A stretch of DNA of 64,000 nt from Candidatus Latescibacterota bacterium (GTDB lineage Bacteria; Latescibacterota; UBA2968). The stretch's first letter is position 1. Every line of letters begins with the position of its first letter. This document shows positions 58,496 through 64,000 of this stretch, piece by piece. The translations under genes were made by a program, and so were the position numbers. Location: positions 1,024,001 to 1,088,000 of the forward strand of contig OZ244960.1 of assembly GCA_965222605.1 (NCBI GenBank). Direction: 5' to 3'. The notes under the pieces are model-generated. The model saw nothing but the letters and a program-made list of their open reading frames with translations. It made no database searches and was not told the origin of the DNA.

Positions 58496-59512
58496 ATGCC
58501 ACTGGAAGTATGTGCCCTATCGCCCGAAAAGATGGAATTGCGGGAATACGAAGTGCCAAAAGTTGGAAAAGGACAGATGAAAGTGCAGAGCATGTACGCT
58601 GCTGCCAAGCATGGAACCGAGTTATCGGGAATAAAAGGTCACAGCGCGAAACGCGGACCTTATGATCCGGAACTCCAGGTATTTCCAAACACGGGCAAAG
58701 GGCGGTCGTCTCGGACGGGCAATATGTTTGTAGGCACTGTGATCGGCGAGGGCGTGGATGAATTCGTAGAAGGCGATGTGGTACTGAGTTACGGACCGTT
58801 TCGAGAAGTCCATGTGATCTCGACAGAACGGTGCTGGAAGGTACCAGAAGGGTTTTCGTGGAAGTCCGCGGTATGTTTGGATCCGGCGGATTTTGCCATG
58901 TGTGCTATCAGGGATGGACAGGTGAGAGTCGGAGACGCTGTGGCCGTATTTGGGATGGGCGCCATCGGATTGATGGTCGTACAAATTGCCAAACTATCCG
59001 GGGCATATCCGATCATCGCGGTCGATCCATTGGAAAACCGCCAACAGGTAGCCCAAATCTGCGGTGCCGACCTGATCCTTGACCCCACTACCTGTGATGC
59101 GGGCGTGGAAATCAAAAAAGCAACCGGAAACCGAGGAGTAGATGTGGCAATTGACTACAGCGCCAATGTACACGCCCTGCAAGCTGCCATACGCGGGGTG
59201 GCATTTGGAGGCACCGTAGTAGCTGGGGCTGCGCCAGCACCTTATGGTCCCGGGCTGGATTTTGGCGCAGAAGCGCATTACAACCGCCCCAATCTCATCT
59301 TTTCACGGGCATGCAGCGATCCAAACCGGGAATATCCCCGATGGGACGAGAAACGCGTTTACGCCACCTGCTGGCGACTACTCACCGAAGGAAAACTAAC
59401 GGGCGAATCCATTGTAACGCCCGTAGTGGCGTTTGAAGACATCGTCACAGAATATCCCAAAATCACCAGCAACCCCGAGCAAAATATCAAGTTAGGGGCT
59501 TATTTTAAATAG
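58496..59512 (+). CDS. MDR/zinc-binding alcohol dehydrogenase family
   Basis: KHGTE, GMGAIG Rossmann motif, GVDVAID. Confidence 0.85.
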   Translation: MPLEVCALSPEKMELREYEVPKVGKGQMKVQSMYAAAKHGTELSGIKGHSAKRGPYDPELQVFPNTGKGRSSRTGNMFVGTVIGEGVDEFVEGDVVLSYGPFREVHVISTERCWKVPEGFSWKSAVCLDPADFAMCAIRDGQVRVGDAVAVFGMGAIGLMVVQIAKLSGAYPIIAVDPLENRQQVAQICGADLILDPTTCDAGVEIKKATGNRGVDVAIDYSANVHALQAAIRGVAFGGTVVAGAAPAPYGPGLDFGAEAHYNRPNLIFSRACSDPNREYPRWDEKRVYATCWRLLTEGKLTGESIVTPVVAFEDIVTEYPKITSNPEQNIKLGAYFK

Positions 59513-59584
59513 CTCTCTGTCTTTCTGCGGTGTATTTTGTATATATAAAAAATAATGATTCTTTTTCAGAATAGAAGACACACC

Positions 59585-59740
59585 ATGGCTAACTTAGACC
59601 GCATTGAAGTCAATCCCAGGGTGATGATGGGAAAACCCGTGGTGAAGGGGACACGCATTCCAGTTGATCTGATATTAAGAAAACTGGGAGAAGGCGCGTC
59701 AGAAGACGATCTGCTCGACGCTTATCCCCAGCTCACATAG
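59585..59740 (+). pseudogene. C-terminally truncated DUF433 protein
   Basis: RIEVNPRVMMGKPVVKGTRIPV...DAYPQLT* stops before the family's final helix. Confidence 0.7.
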
Positions 59741-59774
59741 ATGCGCTGCATTACAGCGCAAAGGAAATCAGGGA

Positions 59775-59867
59775 ATGAGTAAAGTAAGTGATTTGCACAA
59801 GAAATAGAGCCATGACCCAGAGTACCGGGCTGCTTATGAAGAACTTGGCCTGGAGTTTGACCTTGTG
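59775..59867 (+). pseudogene. HigA-like HTH antitoxin N-terminal remnant with an in-frame TAG
   Basis: MSKVSDLHKK*SHDPEYRAAYEELGLEFDL; TAG at 59805 where Trp is expected; HTH domain missing. Confidence 0.6.
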
Positions 59868-60027
59868 CTGCAGGACAAGTCAGTGGACAAGCCTAATCAC
59901 GACCAAAGTCACAGCCCACTGTCCGCGTCTCGTTCTCTGGAATAGCGAAGGTTGAATGCCTTTATCCAAGACATCCTTTCCTCGGATCGGCTAAGTATTA
60001 ACGCCGGTATTCGCATCCGCCATTGGA

Positions 60028-60258
60028 TCAATGGCCGAGCAGGCCAATGAATGTCTCCCTATCAATTTCGACATCTTTCCGAATTTTGGACATAAGGCCA
60101 ACGCCGATAGTTTCACCGCGATGAATAGGCACGACCGTGCCTCGCCCATCCGGGTGCTTCATAATCACATGACTCCCCCGTTGTCTCACAACCTCGAAAC
60201 CGACTTTCCTCAGAGACCGGACCACCTGGGCACTTGTTACCCTCGGCATTCTGGTCAT
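60028..60258 (-). CDS. hicA: HicA family toxin
   Basis: GFEVVRQRGSHVIMKHPDGRGTVVPIH. Confidence 0.92.
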   Translation of the reverse strand: MTRMPRVTSAQVVRSLRKVGFEVVRQRGSHVIMKHPDGRGTVVPIHRGETIGVGLMSKIRKDVEIDRETFIGLLGH

Positions 60259-60467
60259 ACGGATATTCTTTGAACGCCGACCAGTTCAAGTGGACTCTGA
60301 GCGTCTTCACCCTCAACCTCAAACCAGAGTGCAATCGCCTCCTCCATCCGTTCGAGCAACTGGTCAATTGACTTGCCCTGGGTATGACAACCCGGAAGAG
60401 CAGGAACACTCCCGACGTAATACCCGTCTTCATCCTTCTCTATTACAATGGTGTATTCAGTGCTCAT
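60255..60467 (-). CDS. hicB: HicB family antitoxin (short form)
   Basis: VIEKDEDGYYVGSVPALPGCHTQG. Confidence 0.92.
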   Translation of the reverse strand: MSTEYTIVIEKDEDGYYVGSVPALPGCHTQGKSIDQLLERMEEAIALWFEVEGEDAQSPLELVGVQRISV

Positions 60468-60521
60468 TGAATTCTCCCACGTTCAGGGTTCCTTCTCGCC
60501 TCCCGTCATCTGCAGATAATC

Positions 60522-62417
60522 TCACCCCAACACCCGCACATCCCCCTGCCGAATGGTTATGCCCTGGGTATCGAAATAATTTAACAGCGGCACGGCAAAT
60601 TTGCGCGTGGTGCCGATCAGACTGCGAAAAGTCGATACGTCGATCTCCCCATTTTCTTTCAGATAATCGACCAATTGCCGCGTCACATCTTCTATCACCT
60701 CCGGGTGATAGAGCAACGTATCGTCCAGACGCACCAAATCTCCCATTGCCTGCATGGCTGACACCACATCGCGCACAGATCTTGCGTTGGTCTGGATAGC
60801 ATCGGGCAACGTCTTTAAGTCCTCAGGCGTTGTCCCCCCATCTTTTAACACACGCGCAATAGCATCGCGAATCTCCTCTTGCTCGGGCGTCAAAGCAATT
60901 TTGTAATCGCGCAACCCAATCAGCGCATTATCGCTTTTTAAGATATCCGCGTGAACGAGATGTTCAACGCCGTGAGCAAACAAATCATCAGAAGGCTCAC
61001 CTTTCACCAATGCGCGAAGCTCCTCGCGTCGCGCACCTGGCCGGAGGGGATACGCCTCGTGAAAAACCCGCATCGCATCGCCAATCCCGTCCAGCAATTC
61101 GCGCCAGCACATCGCGTGGACATACATCGCTTTACCCGCCTGCACATAAGAAATCACATCGCCCGAATTGACAAGCACGACGATCTGGCTCTCAATCTCG
61201 CTCGCAGACACCGCCATCTCAGATGCGAGTTGCAATGCGGTTCGCGGTTGCAATCGCGCAGCCTTTAAGCGCGTCAGCAAAACCTGCGTGGGATCGTCCT
61301 GCTCCAATTCTCGCAGTGCGTCATTAACATCGTCCCGAAACCGCCGGTGCTTCACGGGTTGCGGATCCAGCACCACGCCACCGCCCAGCGTTTGCACCGG
61401 TGAATACCGTCGGATCACAAACCGATCACCCCGCGCGGCAACGCCCGGTTCTTCCAGGCGCAACTGCACCAGTTGCGATTCGCCCGGCAACAATGTCTCA
61501 CCTTCGAGCAACACCACGCGGGCCAAAACCCCTCGTGGTCCCATCAGCAAATGCACGCGCGTGCGATTTGTCACATGCGCGGGTGCATCGGGTAGCATGT
61601 GCAAACGCGCATCGATCATATACGTCGTCTCAAAATACCCCGTTTGCGCCAGAAGATCACCCCGCGATACCTCATCGACTTCGGCCCCGCTTATATTGAT
61701 AGCCGCACGCGCGCCCACCCGCGCCACATCCACATCCCGCCCATGCGTTTGTACGCCGCGCACACGAACACTTTTACCCGACGGCAACACCGACAATGCG
61801 TCTCGCACGCGCACCTCCCCTGAAATCACAGTACCAGTCACCACAGTCCCAAACCCCTGCACAGAAAAAGCGCGATCAACGGGCAAACGAAAAATGCCCT
61901 GATCTGGCCGTGCTTCAACCCTTGCGATCTCCGCCTCAACCGCCGCACGCAATGTATCGATCCCTTCACCGGTGATTGACGATACGGGCACAATCGGCGC
62001 ATCCTCCAAAAATGTCTCGGCAAACACCTCCCGCAATTCCTCCTCCACCAGCTCCAGCCACTCTTCTTCCACCAGATCAACTTTTGTCAACACCACAATA
62101 CCGCGAGGCACGCCCAAAAGATTCAAAATGCCCAGATGCTCGCGCGTCTGCGGCATCACACCATCGTCGGCAGCCACCACAAAAAGAGCCAGATCAACCG
62201 TACACACCCCCGTCACCATATTTTTGACAAACCGCTCGTGCCCGGGCACATCAATAATGGTCACATTGTCTTTCCAATACGCAAAACCAATATCAATGGT
62301 CACGCCGCGATCGCGCTCCTCCGGCAAGGTATCAGTTTCAATACCCGTCAATGCCTTGACCAATGCCGTCTTGCCGTGATCAATATGCCCGGCCGTTCCA
62401 ATAATCACATGCGCCAT
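60522..62417 (-). CDS. selB: Selenocysteine-specific elongation factor
   Basis: GTAGHIDHGKT, DVPGHERFVKNM, DRAFSVQGFGTVVTGT, C-terminal TRKFAVPLL..FD winged helix. Confidence 0.97.
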   Translation of the reverse strand: MAHVIIGTAGHIDHGKTALVKALTGIETDTLPEERDRGVTIDIGFAYWKDNVTIIDVPGHERFVKNMVTGVCTVDLALFVVAADDGVMPQTREHLGILNLLGVPRGIVVLTKVDLVEEEWLELVEEELREVFAETFLEDAPIVPVSSITGEGIDTLRAAVEAEIARVEARPDQGIFRLPVDRAFSVQGFGTVVTGTVISGEVRVRDALSVLPSGKSVRVRGVQTHGRDVDVARVGARAAINISGAEVDEVSRGDLLAQTGYFETTYMIDARLHMLPDAPAHVTNRTRVHLLMGPRGVLARVVLLEGETLLPGESQLVQLRLEEPGVAARGDRFVIRRYSPVQTLGGGVVLDPQPVKHRRFRDDVNDALRELEQDDPTQVLLTRLKAARLQPRTALQLASEMAVSASEIESQIVVLVNSGDVISYVQAGKAMYVHAMCWRELLDGIGDAMRVFHEAYPLRPGARREELRALVKGEPSDDLFAHGVEHLVHADILKSDNALIGLRDYKIALTPEQEEIRDAIARVLKDGGTTPEDLKTLPDAIQTNARSVRDVVSAMQAMGDLVRLDDTLLYHPEVIEDVTRQLVDYLKENGEIDVSTFRSLIGTTRKFAVPLLNYFDTQGITIRQGDVRVLG

Positions 62418-63823
62418 CAGCCCTGTGCTCCTATTTTCACCGCATCGCCCACAATACTCACTTCGTCATCTCTTATCGTGCGCAAATCCAGAAATAACCG
62501 GTTATCGCGCACATAGCAAATAACAGGCGGATCATGGCGGCGCAACCTATTGGAAAGGGACAAAATATCGCCCCCGGAAATTGCTACCGCAACGCTCGGG
62601 ATATTTTCCAAAGGCAACGCGCCACTGCCGGTTTGTGCATAGGAATCGACCAATTCGCCTGAAAAACCCTCGAGTTCACCAATCGCCTGCAACAATCGTC
62701 GTCCGCGCTGCTCAAGTGTCGTCACAGGCTCTGTCAACATGCGGAGTGTAGGATGTTCGCGCGTTAATACCTCTGGATTCAGGAACAACTTCAACGTCGC
62801 TTCCAGCGCAGCATACGTCAGCTTCCCACAACGCAACGCGCGCATCAAGGGATTTTTGCGAATTTGTTCCACAACATTTTGTTTTCCCACAATAATCCCA
62901 CACTGCGGCCCGCCGAGAACCTTGTCACCGCTAAACATCACCACATCTGCCCCAGCGGTAATACTATCGGATACCAGCGGCTCATAAGGCAATCCATAAT
63001 CCCGCAAATTGACCAGCACACCGCCGCCCAAATCGTGTGCCACAGGCACGCCGCGTCGTCGTCCTAACACCACAATATCTTCCAGTGCTACTTCGGCGGT
63101 AAATCCCATCACCTTGTAATTGCTCGGATGCACCGCCAGCATCACTCCCGTATTCTCCGTTAAAGCGGCTTCGTAGTCGCTCAGATGAGTGCGATTGGTC
63201 GTACCCACCTCGACCAGTTGCGCCCCACTGCGCGCCATAATATCTGGAATGCGGAAAGACCCCCCAATTTCGACCAGTTGCCCGCGCGACACAATCGCCT
63301 CTTTGCCACCAGCCAGGGTATTTAACGTCAACAAAACAGCCGCTGCATTGTTATTTGCAATCGCAGCGGCTTCGGCACCGGTCAACTCACACAGCAATTT
63401 TTCCACAAGTGTCGTACGCGACCCGCGCTGTCCAGTCTCCAGATCCAATTCCAAATTGCTATACGAACCAGCAATATCAACAATATGTTTCACCGCAACA
63501 TCGGGCAATGGCGCGCGTCCCAAATTGGTGTGCAGGATAACCCCAGTCGCGTTCACAACACGCCTGAGATTTGGCGCGAGCGAATCTGCCAATTGGCTCT
63601 GTACATCGGCAACAATCCATTCGGTCAACACCTCACGAGACGCACCCACCGCTTCGCCATCGCGCATCATCCCCCGCACGCGATCTATCGCCTGCCGAAT
63701 CATATCGGTCAAAACAGATGTCCCACACCGCTTTGACAGCGTCTGTATCGCACGCTCATTGAGCACCCGATCCACACCGGGAATAATTGAATAATCTATA
63801 TATTTTTTTGAATCACCATTCAT
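62417..63823 (-). CDS. selA: L-seryl-tRNA(Sec) selenium transferase
   Basis: VVNATGVILHTNLGRAPL, SRGQLVEIGGSFRIPD, EVGTTNRT, FSGDKVLGGPQ. Confidence 0.97.
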   Translation of the reverse strand: MNGDSKKYIDYSIIPGVDRVLNERAIQTLSKRCGTSVLTDMIRQAIDRVRGMMRDGEAVGASREVLTEWIVADVQSQLADSLAPNLRRVVNATGVILHTNLGRAPLPDVAVKHIVDIAGSYSNLELDLETGQRGSRTTLVEKLLCELTGAEAAAIANNNAAAVLLTLNTLAGGKEAIVSRGQLVEIGGSFRIPDIMARSGAQLVEVGTTNRTHLSDYEAALTENTGVMLAVHPSNYKVMGFTAEVALEDIVVLGRRRGVPVAHDLGGGVLVNLRDYGLPYEPLVSDSITAGADVVMFSGDKVLGGPQCGIIVGKQNVVEQIRKNPLMRALRCGKLTYAALEATLKLFLNPEVLTREHPTLRMLTEPVTTLEQRGRRLLQAIGELEGFSGELVDSYAQTGSGALPLENIPSVAVAISGGDILSLSNRLRRHDPPVICYVRDNRLFLDLRTIRDDEVSIVGDAVKIGAQG

Positions 63824-63834
63824 AGCTCACTACC

Positions 63835-63999
63835 CTACGGCACAATCTTAAACGCAATATCTTTTTTTACATCGCGATCCGCCAGCAAATCCGTCACTTT
63901 GACGCGGACTTCTTGACCGCCTGGCTCGGCGTCTTTCAAATCCAATTCGACATACGCCATGTCCTCCGCGGTATCACCCGATTGCTCATAAGAAATCAC
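63835..63999 (-). CDS. C-terminus of a probable GWxTD-family paralog (partial)
   Basis: VISYEQSGDTAEDMAYVELDLKDAEPGGQEVRVKVTD...F aligns by eye with the C-terminus of 27925-30282. Confidence 0.65.
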   Translation of the reverse strand: MISYEQSGDTAEDMAYVELDLKDAEPGGQEVRVKVTDLLADRDVKKDIAFKIVP

Positions 64000-64000
64000 C

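Noticed and set aside
60468-64000. tRNA-Sec (selC) or selD beside selAB
   Set aside because: No tRNA-like sequence or SelD motif was found in the flanks.

Overview
Gene-dense (~50-55% GC) chromosome segment of a diderm bacterium. The FCB-type LysS insert, the prfB-lysS-lolD-clpC-bamA-skp order and the PhyH/sulfatase/DUF6785/GWxTD paralogs suggest an FCB-group lineage such as Latescibacterota or Gemmatimonadota (inference). Bases 1-14 kb are housekeeping: prfB, lysS, lolD, clpC, bamA, skp, fabZ, ABC-F, pyrF, RNase P RNA, rnhA, a zinc-ribbon gene and tRNA-Val(CAC). The rest is a mosaic of sugar-acid, sulfatase and fucosidase catabolism, Fe/2OG dioxygenases, modBC, two sigma factors, an RND pump, a DUF2723/GtrA pair, several decayed or orphan toxin-antitoxin loci, and selA-selB. 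An IS1380-family element with a CTAA target duplication splits a MacB/FtsX-type permease. Best candidates for undescribed biology: (1) a self-contained two-gene operon encoding a probable Rad52/RecT-like annealing protein outside any prophage; (2) a ~750-nt structured leader with tandem SD-equipped minigenes ahead of an ECF sigma cassette; (3) an envelope operon with no lolC/E, mcsAB or lpx genes; (4) a sigma70 paralog with a GAAC-N4-GTTC operator. All family calls come from motif recognition by eye; no searches were run.
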